59,493 nt of DNA from Candidatus Velthaea sp. (GCA_050012475.1 JBEKHC010000020.1:1-59493), one strand, 5' to 3'; shown: positions 27,746-39,204, numbered from the stretch's first letter. Numbers and translations are program-made. The notes: a model not told the origin generated them from the sequence alone.

Positions 27746-28411
27746 TTGAACTCGACGGTCGACCTCCTGTGGCAATCGACGCCATTCTTGCTCAAGGGCG
27801 CGGGCTACACGGTCGAATTGAGTTTCGGCGGCATGCTCTTCGGGCTCGTGCTGGGGCTGGGGCTGGCGCTGATGCGGTTGTCGTCGCGGGTCGTGCTGCA
27901 GCGCATCGCCGGCGTGTACGTGTCGTTCATCCGCGGCACCCCGCTGCTCGTGCAGCTCTTTCTGATCTATTACGGCTTAGCGCAATTCGGCTGGCGGATC
28001 GATCCGGTTCCGGCCGCGTTGCTGGGCTTTACGCTCAACGTCGGGGGCTACACCTCGGAAATCCTGCGCTCGGCAATCTCATCGGTTGCCGTCGGCCAAT
28101 GGGAAGCGGCGTTCTCATTGGGCATGACGTCGACGCAGGCGATGCGGCGGGTGATCCTGCCGCAGGCCGCGCGGGTGGCCCTTCCCCCGCTGGGCAACAC
28201 GTTCATCAGCCTGGTCAAAGACACGTCGCTGGCGGCGACGATTCAAGTTCCCGAATTGTTCCGTCAGGCGCAGCTGATCACGGCCCGCACGTATGAAATC
28301 TTCACGATGTACATCGCGGCGGCATTTCTCTACTGGGTGATTTCGAGCGGACTCGCTTTCGTGCAGCACCGCTTGGAGCAGCGAGCCAACATCTACGTGA
28401 CGAGGCGCTGA
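27746..28411 (+). CDS. Amino acid ABC permease (TcyL/YecS-like)
   Basis: FIRGTPLLVQLFLIYYG, GQWEAA, ISLVKDTSL. Confidence 0.9.
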   Translation: MNSTVDLLWQSTPFLLKGAGYTVELSFGGMLFGLVLGLGLALMRLSSRVVLQRIAGVYVSFIRGTPLLVQLFLIYYGLAQFGWRIDPVPAALLGFTLNVGGYTSEILRSAISSVAVGQWEAAFSLGMTSTQAMRRVILPQAARVALPPLGNTFISLVKDTSLAATIQVPELFRQAQLITARTYEIFTMYIAAAFLYWVISSGLAFVQHRLEQRANIYVTRR

Positions 28412-28434
28412 TGTCACCGTCGTCCGAAATACGG

Positions 28435-28490
28435 CAGCGGCTCGGCCAAAGGCCGAACGCCACAGCGGCTCGGCCAAAGGCCGAACGCCA
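28435..28490. repeat. Tandem 28-bp duplication of a REP-like hairpin (family C)
   Basis: CAGCGGCTCGGCCAAAGGCCGAACGCCA x2 exact; each unit has a TCGGCC-AAA-GGCCGA stem. Confidence 0.85.
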
Positions 28491-28514
28491 CAGATTCGAC
28501 GAAGTCGAATCCTG

Positions 28515-29267
28515 ATGAGCGAGATCGAAGTTCGGGCGCTGACCAAACGCTTCGGGGGCGTCGAGGTGCTGCACCCGATCGATCTCAACGTCGAGACGGG
28601 CGAAGTGCTGGCGATCATCGGGCCCAGCGGTTCGGGGAAAACAACGCTGCTGCGCTGCTTGAATTTTCTCGAAACGCCGACCACGGGACGGCTCAAAGTC
28701 GGTGCGATCGAGATCGATGCCGCCACGTCGCTGCGGCGCCAGGCGGCGCGCATCCGCGACCTGCGCGCGCATGTCGGGTTCGTTTTTCAAAGTTTCAATC
28801 TCTTTCCGCATCGCACGGCACTGCAGAACGTCAGCGAGGGGCCCGTAACCGTCAAGCGGATGCCCCGCGAACAGGCCGAAGCGCTCGGCCGGGCGTTGCT
28901 CGAGAAAGTCGGATTGGGCGAAAAATGCGACGCCTATCCGAGCGAATTGTCGGGCGGTCAGCAGCAGCGCGTGGCCATCGCGCGGGCGCTGGCGATGGAA
29001 CCCGAAGTGCTGCTCTTCGACGAGCCGACCTCGGCTTTGGATCCCGAACTCGTAGGCGAAGTGCTGGCAACGATCCGCGATCTCGCCGCCGAGCATCGCA
29101 CGATGATCATCGTGACGCACGAGATGACGTTCGCACGCGACGTCGCGGATCGCGCCATCTTCATGGATGCCGGAAGCATCGTCGAGGAAGCGCCGGCGCG
29201 CGAATTATTCACCAACCCCGTTCAGGAACGCACGCGCCGCTTTCTGCACAAACTTTTGCACGCGTGA
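28515..29267 (+). CDS. Amino acid ABC ATP-binding protein
   Basis: GPSGSGKTT, LSGGQQQRVAIARAL, FDEPTSALDPE, VTHEM. Confidence 0.95.
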   Translation: MSEIEVRALTKRFGGVEVLHPIDLNVETGEVLAIIGPSGSGKTTLLRCLNFLETPTTGRLKVGAIEIDAATSLRRQAARIRDLRAHVGFVFQSFNLFPHRTALQNVSEGPVTVKRMPREQAEALGRALLEKVGLGEKCDAYPSELSGGQQQRVAIARALAMEPEVLLFDEPTSALDPELVGEVLATIRDLAAEHRTMIIVTHEMTFARDVADRAIFMDAGSIVEEAPARELFTNPVQERTRRFLHKLLHA

Positions 29268-29290
29268 GGCTTGGAAGGTTAACGATCATT

Positions 29291-30934
29291 TCATTGTCCA
29301 ACGCGAACGCCGACTTTGCTCGGAAAGCGGAAGGTCCCGCGGCCGGCTTCCTTCGCCTCATACATCGCAAGATCTGCTTCCGCGACGAGAGCTTCCGCCG
29401 TTAACCCTTGGGCGATCGTGGCCGCACCGATGCTGACGCCGATAACGATTGGCTGATCGTCGATGGTGTAGGCTTCGCTTATGCGGTCGACCAACCGTTG
29501 TGCTACAATCGAAATCGTCGCAATATCGTCGGTATCCGCGAGAATTATCGCAAACTCGTCGCCGCCGATTCGCGCAGCGATGTCGACGTCGCGGATGCAG
29601 GCTGAGATGCGCTCGGCAACGGCGCACAGAAGGCGATCTCCGACTCCGTGTCCGAGCTTATCGTTGACGATTTTGAAGCGATCCAAATCGAGGAAGAGCA
29701 GTGTGAACGGAGTTCCGCTGCAAAAACGCGTTATCGCCTCGTCAATGCTTTCGTAGAACAGCCTGCTGTTGGCAATTCCGGTAAGCGAGTCGGTTCGCGA
29801 CATCTGGCTGATTTGTTCGGCCTTTTCATGTAACGTTACGGTCGTCGCTTGCAGACTCGCCGTAAGTGCTTCGAGTTGCAGCGTCCGCCGCACGGACAGG
29901 ATGAGGTACCCGACGATCAGCGCGGTGATCATGAAGCCGGCGCTCAAAGTAACTATTCCGAATAAGCTCGAGCGCACGAAGCGCAGTGGTTGGGCCGGCG
30001 TTACAATAGCCCCGAGAGACTGATCGATTGCCCGGACCGTGCTTTGCCAATTCGTGCCGGCAAGCAGTGCCTGCTCGGAGACAGCCGGTCGCAATGGATC
30101 CGACGACGGTGTTTGATAAATGACCCGACGGTCGGAACGCGAGGCCGGATTGAAAAGATACAGGTTGAGGTCGTGCGTTGCAGTATTTTTTGCCAGAATG
30201 TTTTTGACCATTTCGGACACGTCGAAAACGCCCAACACAAGGCCCCGTACGGAATGCAGTCCTCTCGCTTCGCCTTTAGCAATATGGGAACGGTAGACGG
30301 GCATGTAACTCAGGATGCCTGCGCCCGGGTGCTCGACCGTCACGACATCGATCGGCGGCGTCGCGGCCGGCCGGCCAGATTGCATGGCGCGCAGGGCCGT
30401 TGCGGCACGAAGCCTTTCGGAAATGAGATCGAAGCCGATCATGGTGCGCTTGGCGCCGTCCGCCTCGATATAAAGCACCGGGAAATAGCGGGAACGGGGC
30501 GCTGAACGAATCAGCCGGTGATGCAGGCCGAACTGCTTGATCTCGTATCCGGGAATTCCTTGGGCGCGAATTGCACGCTCAAAAGTCGAGCGCGCGGCGA
30601 GGGTAACGAGTGGAGCCCACGCCGTGTCCCGAAGTCCGGGGACGCGACGATGCAATGCTGCCGAAAAGTGCCCGAACTCGTCGCTCCCGACCGGGTGCCG
30701 GTTCGACTCGATGAAGGCGGCGATGGTGTACAGAAGCGTATTTGCGTCGCCGAGATCGCCGTTTATGGCCTCGAGGTGACTCTTTGCCTTGCTCTGAAAA
30801 TCGATCTCTGCAACGCGGTATTCCCACGAGCACACGAGTAAAAAAGCGCCGATGGTCGCCATCGTGCCGATGACCGCACTCAAGATGGCGGCGGCATAAC
30901 GGAGCGGTCGCCGCTGGCTGACTGGAAAGGTCAT
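29291..30934 (-). CDS. Diguanylate cyclase with CHASE sensor domain
   Basis: Two TM segments flanking a CHASE-like region (YFPVLYIE, IGFDL); DSLTG, DLDRFKIVND, RDVD I-site, GGDEF. Confidence 0.88.
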   Translation of the reverse strand: MTFPVSQRRPLRYAAAILSAVIGTMATIGAFLLVCSWEYRVAEIDFQSKAKSHLEAINGDLGDANTLLYTIAAFIESNRHPVGSDEFGHFSAALHRRVPGLRDTAWAPLVTLAARSTFERAIRAQGIPGYEIKQFGLHHRLIRSAPRSRYFPVLYIEADGAKRTMIGFDLISERLRAATALRAMQSGRPAATPPIDVVTVEHPGAGILSYMPVYRSHIAKGEARGLHSVRGLVLGVFDVSEMVKNILAKNTATHDLNLYLFNPASRSDRRVIYQTPSSDPLRPAVSEQALLAGTNWQSTVRAIDQSLGAIVTPAQPLRFVRSSLFGIVTLSAGFMITALIVGYLILSVRRTLQLEALTASLQATTVTLHEKAEQISQMSRTDSLTGIANSRLFYESIDEAITRFCSGTPFTLLFLDLDRFKIVNDKLGHGVGDRLLCAVAERISACIRDVDIAARIGGDEFAIILADTDDIATISIVAQRLVDRISEAYTIDDQPIVIGVSIGAATIAQGLTAEALVAEADLAMYEAKEAGRGTFRFPSKVGVRVGQ

Positions 30935-31140
30935 GTCAAAGCTAAATATTAGCTCGGAGGCCTCAAACGGCATTCCGGCAGGGGCCTTCCGACAGGGAAA
31001 ACTCGCCTCGGCGCGATCTCCCGCCAGCCGCCGTCAGGGGGACACGATCTTGACATTGCCAGTTCTCTATCGGCTAAATTGGCTGTCATATAAGCCAAAC
31101 GAGCTGTCGCCCGCGTCGTGATGCACTGGAAGTCGCGGTC

Positions 31141-32195
31141 TTAGCGCTCGGCCCTCGCTGGCGTTGTGAGCGCGAGCGGATACGGCAGGGCAAAACCATC
31201 GCCGTCGAACGTCAGCGTCCCGACGATGGTGGTGAACGATCGCGAACGCAGCGCCCGCCGGGTTTGCTCGCGAGTCAGTCCGGCCTGCGCGACGACCTGA
31301 GCGGCCGCGAAGGCGCGAGTCGCCGCGTCGCCGGGAAGATATCCCGCGACAGCGTGAAAACGGCGCTCGAATGCAGCCCGCGCGGCGCTGGGTGCGAAGC
31401 GCGTCTCGATCGTCAAAACGCTGCCGGCCGGTGCCGTCGCGGGGATTAACTGGAAGTCACGATGTCCCAGAAATCGAACGTAGTCGACATCGAATGCGCG
31501 GGCAAACGCATCCCCGCGCCAGAGGGTCGGGGGCCGTTCGTCGGCCAGCACCAGCACGGCGTTGACGGCGCGTGCACGCCGCCGGGCGAACTCGATGCCT
31601 GCCCCATCGTCGCGCACGTTCGCCGTCGCGCCGGCTCCCCAGCGGCCCTTCCACATCGGTTCCAGCGCCGCGGCGTCGCCCACGAGCACGACGAGCAGTC
31701 GCGCACCGAAGCGTTCGCGAGCGGCGGCTCGCGCGAAGTCGACGAGCTTGCCCGGCGACACGCAAACGCAATAGGCGTCCCCGTTCTTATCGTTGCGCGA
31801 CCAGCGCGCAAGAACGATCGCCGGTAATCGCCGCGCTTGGCCGGCGACGGCGTCGGCGTCGCCGACTCGGCGGCGCAAACCGCCGATCGCCGCGATCACG
31901 TGCGGGTCGGCTGCAAAGCCGGCAATGCTGGCGGGGGCCGTGCGGACGTCGACGTCGTTGTCGACGCCTTCATCCTGATGCGGGTTGAGAAAGCCGCCCT
32001 GGGCGCTATCGCGCGCGATGACGGGGAGAGCGCCCAGCCGGACGGCGATACCCACCGCGAGACCTTCCGCGCCGTCGATGCCGCCGGCCGGCATCTCGAG
32101 TCCGATCGTCGGACCTCGCGGGCCCGCCGGCCCGGCCGGAACCATCGCCAAGGCTGCGCTCAAAACGACGGCGAGCGCGGCGAGCGGTCCGAACG

Positions 32196-32199
<4 letters not shown>
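31141..32199 (-). CDS. Divergent periplasmic-binding-protein-like protein (Liv type)
   Basis: Signal peptide, TIGLEMP, ADPHVIAAIGG, C-terminal FTTIVGTLTFDGDG; ATGA overlap with livF. Confidence 0.6.
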
Positions 32200-32909
<710 letters not shown>

Positions 32910-32933
32910 TAGGAGCCCTCAGGGCGACGACGT

Positions 32934-32960
32934 GCGGTTCGGCCCGTAAGGGCCGAACGC
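32934..32960. repeat. REP-like hairpin (family C)
   Basis: GCGGTTCGGCCCGTAAGGGCCGAACGC, similar to the 28435 unit; between livG and livF. Confidence 0.55.
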
Positions 32961-32994
32961 GATGGAATTGTCGAGCGAAGCCGAGACAATTCCA

Positions 32995-33756
32995 CTATGC
33001 CGGTTTTCCGAGATAGGCTTCGATGACTTGCGGATTGTTGCGCACCTCGGCGGGCAGGCCTTCGGCGATTTTCTCACCGTGATCGAGCACCGTGATGCGT
33101 TCCGAGAGCTGCATGACGAGCGCCATGTCATGCTCGATGAGGAAGACGGTGACGCCCGTGTCGCGGATGCGCCGAATGAGTGCGACCAAGTCCTCCTTTT
33201 CGCGAGGGTTCATCCCGGCCGCGGGTTCATCGAGCAGCAAAAGCTTCGGGTTGCTCGCCAGCGCGCGACCGATTTCGAGCCGGCGCTGAAAGCCGTACGC
33301 CAAATTGTGGGCGTAGTTTCCGGCAAATTTCTCGAGATTGACGAAGCGCAAGATTTCGAGTGCTTTCTCGCGCACGCGTTTTTCCTCGCTGCGTTGGCGC
33401 GGCGTGTGCAGCAGCGAGTCGAACAGGGTAGCTTTCATCCGCGCGTGTTCGCCCGTCATGACGTTGTCGAGCGCCGACATGAACGCGAACAGCCGAATGT
33501 TCTGAAACGTGCGCGCAATGCCCAGCGCCGCGATGTCGCTGGTGGCCATGCCGTTGATGGCCTTTCCATCGAAGGTGATGGTGCCTTCGGTCGGCTTGTA
33601 GATGCCGGTGATGAGGTTGAACGCGGTCGATTTGCCGGCGCCGTTGGGGCCGATCATCGCCACGATCGAGCCGGGCTCGATCGTGAACGTCAGATCGCTC
33701 ACGGCGACGAGACCGCCGAAACGCTGGGTGACGTGCTCCATCGTCAAGAGTGCCAT
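32995..33756 (-). CDS. livG: Branched-chain amino acid ABC ATPase
   Basis: GPNGAGKST, RTFQNIRLF, LAYGFQRRLEI, DEPAAG, IEHDM. Confidence 0.93.
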   Translation of the reverse strand: MALLTMEHVTQRFGGLVAVSDLTFTIEPGSIVAMIGPNGAGKSTAFNLITGIYKPTEGTITFDGKAINGMATSDIAALGIARTFQNIRLFAFMSALDNVMTGEHARMKATLFDSLLHTPRQRSEEKRVREKALEILRFVNLEKFAGNYAHNLAYGFQRRLEIGRALASNPKLLLLDEPAAGMNPREKEDLVALIRRIRDTGVTVFLIEHDMALVMQLSERITVLDHGEKIAEGLPAEVRNNPQVIEAYLGKPA

Positions 33757-34808
33757 CAGCGCGTGATCTCGGTATAGAGCGACTGTTCCTGTTCGGACAA
33801 TCCGGGGTCGCCGAGTGCGGGCTTGAGTTCTTGCGCCCGCTGCCGGCTGGGCAGCAGTCCTTCGGGCCGAAACAGCATCATCAGCACCAAAATGATTCCG
33901 TAAATGAGAAAACGCGAGTTGGTCAAGTCGATGTCGGTATGAAACGTTGCGTGCAGAAAGTTGGTGGCTTGCGGCAAAATGAAGCGATCGAGCGAGGAGA
34001 TGACCAGACTCCCCAAGATCACGCCGGGAATGTTTCCCATGCCGCCCAGCACGAGCATTGCGAGGATCGTCACGCTGACGTTGAATTGAAATTGGTCCGG
34101 CGAGACGAGCTGAAGCTTCGCACCGTACGCCACGCCCGCCAGACCGCTGAACGAAGCACCCAGCGCGAACGCCGAGAGTTTGGTGACCGTCGTATTGATG
34201 CCCATGTGCGCCGCGGCGAGTTCGTCTTCGCGAATCGCCATCCAGGCCCGGCCCAAACGGCTGGAACGCAGATTGTTGGCGACGATCACGGCGAACGCGA
34301 TGAGCGCGAGCATGACGTAGTAATACGGCAGAACCGCGAAGCCGAAGCGGAAGCCGAAGAAGTTGGGTTGATCCAGCGAACTGATGCCGTTGGGTCCGCC
34401 CGTCCACTGGGACAGGTTCAGGAACGTCTGCGGCACGATCTCGCCGAACCCTAGCGTGACGATCGCGAGGTAGTCGCCGCGCAACCGGAGCGTCGGCGCA
34501 CCGAGCAGGATGCCGAAGACCGCCGCGATTCCCGATGCCAAGAACAGCATGATCCAGAACGGGATGTGGATCCCGAACTGCGGGCTGGCAAGCATCGCGA
34601 ACGAATACGAGCCGATCGCGAAGAATGCGGCGTAGCCCAAATCGAGCAGACCGGCAAAGCCGACCACGATGTTCAGTCCCAGCGCGAGCAAGACGAACGC
34701 GCCGGCGTCGGTCAAGAAATTGACGAACGAACCGTTGCTGAAAACCAGCGGCAGGACAATGGCGACGGCAAAGGCGACGAGCGCCCCAACGCGCGGCGAC
34801 AGCTTCAT
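33756..34808 (-). CDS. livM: Branched-chain amino acid ABC permease
   Basis: GLNIVVGFAGLLDLGYAAF, LRLRGDYLAIVTLGFGEI, AIREDE. Confidence 0.93.
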   Translation of the reverse strand: MKLSPRVGALVAFAVAIVLPLVFSNGSFVNFLTDAGAFVLLALGLNIVVGFAGLLDLGYAAFFAIGSYSFAMLASPQFGIHIPFWIMLFLASGIAAVFGILLGAPTLRLRGDYLAIVTLGFGEIVPQTFLNLSQWTGGPNGISSLDQPNFFGFRFGFAVLPYYYVMLALIAFAVIVANNLRSSRLGRAWMAIREDELAAAHMGINTTVTKLSAFALGASFSGLAGVAYGAKLQLVSPDQFQFNVSVTILAMLVLGGMGNIPGVILGSLVISSLDRFILPQATNFLHATFHTDIDLTNSRFLIYGIILVLMMLFRPEGLLPSRQRAQELKPALGDPGLSEQEQSLYTEITR

Positions 34809-35719
34809 CAGACTTTGTTGGGCAACGATTCGCCCAGCAGTCCCGACGGACGGAAGATCAGCACCAGCACCAGGACCGAGAACACGACCACGTTACTCCA
34901 CTGATCGGAGATGAACTGGGTCGTGAGCGCCTCGATCAGGCCGATCAGAAACCCGCCCAGCATCGCGCCCGCGAGGTTGCCGATGCCGCCGAGGACGGCC
35001 GCCGTGAACGCTTTGAGTCCGGCCGCGAAACCGTTGAAGAACCACGTCGACCCGTAGTAGACGCCGGAAACGAATCCGGCAGCGCCGGCGAGCGCCGAGC
35101 CGATCAGAAACGTCAGCATGATCATGGTGTTGATGTTCACGCCCATGAGCTGCGCGGCGTCGCGGTCTTGGGCGGTGGCGCGCATCGCCTTGCCCAGTTT
35201 CGTGTTGAAGATGAACAACTGCAGCACGATCATCATCACGACCGCCAGCAAAACGACGAAGATCTGCTTCGTGGCGATGTCGACCGAGCCGACGTGAAAG
35301 ATCGGATTGGGGAAGACCTCGGGGAACGGCACCGGCGACGGGCCGCGCCAGTACTGCATGATGTTTTCGAGGATGAACGACATGCCGATCGCCGTGATGA
35401 GCGGCGCCAGCCGCGGCGCGTTCCGCAACCGGCGATACGCGAGCCGCTCGACCAGCACGCCGGTGATGCCGCACAGCAGCATCGCGACGAAGATCGTCAG
35501 GATCGCGGTGCCGATCAGCGCCCAGCCGTGCAGCTCGCCCTGCACGCCGAGCAGCGTCAGGACGGCAAGTGAGAAGAAAGTCCCTAATGTATAGATGTCC
35601 CCGTGGGCAAAATTGATGAGCTCGATGATGCCGTAGACCATCGTGTAGCCCAGCGCGATGAGCGCGTAGATCCCACCGAGCGAGAGCCCGTTGATAAGCT
35701 GCTGAAGGAGAACATCCAC
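34808..35719 (-). CDS. livH: Branched-chain amino acid ABC permease
   Basis: QQLINGLSLGGIYALIALGYTMVYGI, NFAHG, KAFTAAVLGGIG; GTG start. Confidence 0.93.
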   Translation of the reverse strand: MDVLLQQLINGLSLGGIYALIALGYTMVYGIIELINFAHGDIYTLGTFFSLAVLTLLGVQGELHGWALIGTAILTIFVAMLLCGITGVLVERLAYRRLRNAPRLAPLITAIGMSFILENIMQYWRGPSPVPFPEVFPNPIFHVGSVDIATKQIFVVLLAVVMMIVLQLFIFNTKLGKAMRATAQDRDAAQLMGVNINTMIMLTFLIGSALAGAAGFVSGVYYGSTWFFNGFAAGLKAFTAAVLGGIGNLAGAMLGGFLIGLIEALTTQFISDQWSNVVVFSVLVLVLIFRPSGLLGESLPNKV

Positions 35720-35797
35720 CCGGGCCTGCCTTTCACGTCGGCTTTGCTCGCCACTGATTTCGCGCCTTGTTCGACGTCCCTTTTGCCAAACAGCAAA

Positions 35798-35826
35798 CGA
35801 GGCCGGCACGCATGGTGCCGGCCTCG
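35798..35826 (-). terminator. Stem-loop after livK (partial terminator/mRNA stabiliser)
   Basis: 12-bp stem CGAGGCCGGCAC/GTGCCGGCCTCG followed by TTTGCTGTTT on the minus strand. Confidence 0.6.
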
Positions 35827-35849
35827 CTCGGGTCGCCGAAGGACGAATG

Positions 35850-37079
35850 TCAGTCCTTGAGGTTAATTTGGTTGACGAACTGCGGTTTGCCGCCCTTGAT
35901 GGCATAGAAGCTGAGGATTGGTGCGGTCGTGTCCCCGTTCTTGTCGAACCCGATCGTCCCGATCGGCGTGTCGATGCTGGTCGTGGCTGCGACGTTCTTG
36001 AGCACGTCGGCGCGGGTCGGGTTGGCGCCGGCCTTGATGATCGCCGCGATGATGATCTGGGCGCCGGCATAGGCGTTGGCGCTGTACGGGCCGGGATCTT
36101 CGCCAAAACGCTTCTTGTAGGCCGCGATGAAGGTCTTGGCGGTGGCGAGTTTCGACGTTTCCGGAGCCGCAACCGTGTAATACGAATTGTCGGCCGCGCT
36201 GCCGGTTTCTTTGATGAACTCTTCGTCGCTGATGCCGTCGCCGCCGATGAACGCGACGCTGCCTAAGCCGACATCGGCCATTTGTTTGCGGACCAGGCCG
36301 CCGCCGCTCGACGTCGTGCCGCCGAAGAAGATGGCGTCGGGTCCCAGGCTGTGCACTTTGGTCAACAGCGCTTTGAAGTCTTGTTGGTTCTTGGTGATGT
36401 GCTCGTGACCCAAAACCGTGCCGCCCAGTTTGGCGAAGTCGGTCTCGAAAACGTCGGCGAGTCCTTTGCCGTACGTCTCGTTGTCGTCGATGACGAAGAC
36501 TTTCTTGAAGCCCAGCTTGCGCGCGAATTGCGCACCGGCGGCGCCTTGCTTGTCGTCCGTGGTGCAAACGCGGAAGTACGCGATCGTATCGGGATGCGAG
36601 CTGCGCAGGGTCTTCGCATCGTCGCCTTTGGTGAGGCCGGTATTGGTGTTGGACGGGCTGATCTGCGCCAGACCGGCGTCGTTCGTGAGCGGGATCTCGG
36701 CCTTGGCGACGTTGGAGTTAAAAGGTCCGATGACTCCCATCACCGTCGGATCGGCGATGAACGTTTTGATGTTCTGCGCGCCTTGAGCGGGATCGTGCAC
36801 GCCTTGCACGGTGTCGTCCAGAGAGTCGGCTTCGAGCTTGTTGCCGCCGGGAAGACCCTTGGCGTTCGCCTCTTCGATTGCGAGCACGGCGCCGTTGCGG
36901 GTTGGAATTCCGTTCGTTGCATCGGCGCCCGAAGTCGGCAGGTCGATACCGATCTTCAAGGTCGTGGCTGCGAATGCCGGGACCGAGAGGCTGAGCGTGG
37001 AGCTCAGCGCGAGGCCGAGCGCTGCGGACATCGTTATCGCGCGAGCAAACGCGTGCGGTCGTCGCTGGGATGAGAACAA
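35850..37079 (-). CDS. livK: Branched-chain amino acid ABC substrate-binding protein
   Basis: KIGIDLPTSG, GVIGPFNS, ISPSNT, DDNETYGKGL; TTG start after GGAGG. Confidence 0.9.
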   Translation of the reverse strand: MFSSQRRPHAFARAITMSAALGLALSSTLSLSVPAFAATTLKIGIDLPTSGADATNGIPTRNGAVLAIEEANAKGLPGGNKLEADSLDDTVQGVHDPAQGAQNIKTFIADPTVMGVIGPFNSNVAKAEIPLTNDAGLAQISPSNTNTGLTKGDDAKTLRSSHPDTIAYFRVCTTDDKQGAAGAQFARKLGFKKVFVIDDNETYGKGLADVFETDFAKLGGTVLGHEHITKNQQDFKALLTKVHSLGPDAIFFGGTTSSGGGLVRKQMADVGLGSVAFIGGDGISDEEFIKETGSAADNSYYTVAAPETSKLATAKTFIAAYKKRFGEDPGPYSANAYAGAQIIIAAIIKAGANPTRADVLKNVAATTSIDTPIGTIGFDKNGDTTAPILSFYAIKGGKPQFVNQINLKD

Positions 37080-37190
37080 GTTACTACCTCCGGGAGAGAT
37101 AAGGCTGACGAAAAGAATAGGCTATTTGATGGCAGGAGCCGTTGTTGAGAGCGGCGTCCGATTGCCGCGATACCGTGAAGAACGAAGGAA

Positions 37191-37230
37191 GCGGCACGGG
37201 CGTTTCACCTGCGTGAAACGCCCGTGCCGC
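37191..37230 (-). terminator. Terminator hairpin of the SLH porin gene
   Basis: Perfect 18-bp stem GCGGCACGGGCGTTTCAC-CTGC-GTGAAACGCCCGTGCCGC followed by TTCCTT on the minus strand. Confidence 0.7.
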
Positions 37231-37259
37231 CGTAGGTTGGCTGCGCGTCGAGTCGGAGC

Positions 37260-39014
37260 CTAGAAGGCCAGACGCGTTTCGAGGAAGATGGCCTGGCCCT
37301 TGTCGTTCTTGACGAAGCCCGGCGTTTCCACCGTGCCGACCAGATAGTTCACCGGCAAGGTCGCGCTATTCAAGCCCCAGCCTTGAACGACCACGCCGAT
37401 TTGGGCGTTGGTCGCGAAATAGTGGTGAATGCCGACATACGCGATTTTATATCCGTTGGGGTTGTTGATGAAGAACTGCTGGTAATCGGTCGTGCCTTCG
37501 ACTTCGTTATGCGGGCCGGTCGAATTGAGTCCGGCATAGATGTAGCCGAAGTCCAAGTAACTGTTACCGGTCTTGCCGGCCGAAGCTCCGGCTGTCCCTT
37601 GCGCCCAGAGCGCATTCGCACCCGTCCAGGAACCGCCCACCGGGCTGGTGCCAAAGCGGTGCAAGAATTCAGCGTTGACGTTGAATAACGGGCTAAAGGT
37701 GTAGCCGGCATCGAAGGATCCTACCGCTATGGGCGTGTTGTATGCCTTGAGCAGTCCGGTCGCCGGATTCACCACGGTATTGGCGCCGCCGGAATACGCC
37801 ATATCGTCGACGTAGTTGAAGCCCGCGCTGCCTTTCGTGCCGCCGAACGTCGTCCCGAGCCGGGCGAGAACCGTTTGGCTGCTCACCCCAGCGTTGGGCT
37901 CACCGTTGCTCAATGCTGATTTGTAGAAGCTGTAGCCGGCGAAGCCTTGAATCGCGCCTTTGCCGTACCCGATCTCGCCGCCGTTGAAGTAATCGGAATA
38001 GGCTAAGCCGATGTTGCCGCCTTGTTCGGCGAAGCGTCCGACGCGCCCGTATAAACCGGACGGATCCTTGTACTGCACCGCGGCGTAGTTGATGCGCAGC
38101 AAGCTGTTGTTCGGGTAGCTGCCGGCTGACGGAGTGACGGAGCTCTGGCCGAAGCCCGATCCGGTCGAGTTGCCGCTATTGGCGGAGCCGAATGCGTTAT
38201 CGATGTAGTAGCGGTCTTCGAGCCGGATCGCGTACGACACTTTCGGGTCGGTGGAGCCGCTGAAGACCATCCGCAGCACTTGGTAGCCGGTGCCTCCCGC
38301 CGCAAGCCCCGACGGAAGCGTTTGCCCGGATCCGCCGACGGCTGGGCCGGCAACGAGCGTGCTGGGCGGCAACGCCAACCCAGTCTTGGTGTTGTAGGCC
38401 TCGACCCGATCGGTCAGCGTGCCGGGTGCGCGCAGGTCGTAATACAGATGGAACTGCTGGCGCTTCAACTGCGCCGTATTCAAATCGGTTTGCGTTTGGA
38501 GCGCTGCAACGTTCTTTTGCAGGGCTGCGAGCTGGGTCGTGTTATCGTCGATGAGTTTGCGCAGCGTCGCGATATCGTCAGCGCTGACCTTGTCCGCGGT
38601 CGCTGCATTGGCCAACAAGTCTTGGACGCGTTTGATCGCGCGCGCGGTTATTGCCGCCAGTTCATAACGCGTAATCGACCGTTTCCCACGGAATGTACCG
38701 TCGGGATAGCCCAAGACGATGCCGTCGGCTTGCAATTGTTGCAGCGCCGGGTACGCCCAATGGTTCTGGGGCACATCTTTGAACCCCGCCGCCGCGTCGG
38801 CGTTGTTTTGAACAACGGTGGCGGGGGGTGGCAGCGCGACCGGCGCTGCGGGGGCGGCCGCCGCGGGGGCGGGCTGGGTTGGGGCGTTTAGAACGCTGCG
38901 GTCACCTGCGGTTGGCGCGATCGGTGAGGTGTCCGCCGCTATTGCCAGCGACGGCATCGCACTAAAGGCGGCGCCGACAAAAAGTAGTGCCCGAAGCTGG
39001 AATGGAATTGCCAT
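37260..39014 (-). CDS. SLH-domain outer membrane porin (OmpM-like tether)
   Basis: Signal peptide, Pro/Ala linker, SLH FKDVPQNHWAY...GYPDGTFRGKRSITRYE, coiled coil, beta-rich C-terminus ending in Phe; AAGGAG RBS. Confidence 0.85.
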   Translation of the reverse strand: MAIPFQLRALLFVGAAFSAMPSLAIAADTSPIAPTAGDRSVLNAPTQPAPAAAAPAAPVALPPPATVVQNNADAAAGFKDVPQNHWAYPALQQLQADGIVLGYPDGTFRGKRSITRYELAAITARAIKRVQDLLANAATADKVSADDIATLRKLIDDNTTQLAALQKNVAALQTQTDLNTAQLKRQQFHLYYDLRAPGTLTDRVEAYNTKTGLALPPSTLVAGPAVGGSGQTLPSGLAAGGTGYQVLRMVFSGSTDPKVSYAIRLEDRYYIDNAFGSANSGNSTGSGFGQSSVTPSAGSYPNNSLLRINYAAVQYKDPSGLYGRVGRFAEQGGNIGLAYSDYFNGGEIGYGKGAIQGFAGYSFYKSALSNGEPNAGVSSQTVLARLGTTFGGTKGSAGFNYVDDMAYSGGANTVVNPATGLLKAYNTPIAVGSFDAGYTFSPLFNVNAEFLHRFGTSPVGGSWTGANALWAQGTAGASAGKTGNSYLDFGYIYAGLNSTGPHNEVEGTTDYQQFFINNPNGYKIAYVGIHHYFATNAQIGVVVQGWGLNSATLPVNYLVGTVETPGFVKNDKGQAIFLETRLAF

Positions 39015-39204
39015 CCGTATGCTCCTTAAGAAAAGCTTATGGCTGTCGGATGCTAACGTACAGCTCGTACCGACGAGCGCTGCTTTCTGCGAGGAGTGGT
39101 ATGAGCCCCTTAATATGAGTCGCAAATATGTGCCACGACCGAACGCCGGACATCGAAAATAATGTCCAGGATCGCTTATCCGAAAAGGTTGGAACGAATT
39201 GTCT

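Noticed and set aside
28435..28490. Mini-CRISPR of 28-bp palindromic repeats
   Set aside because: Two units are directly adjacent with no spacer; it is a tandem duplication.
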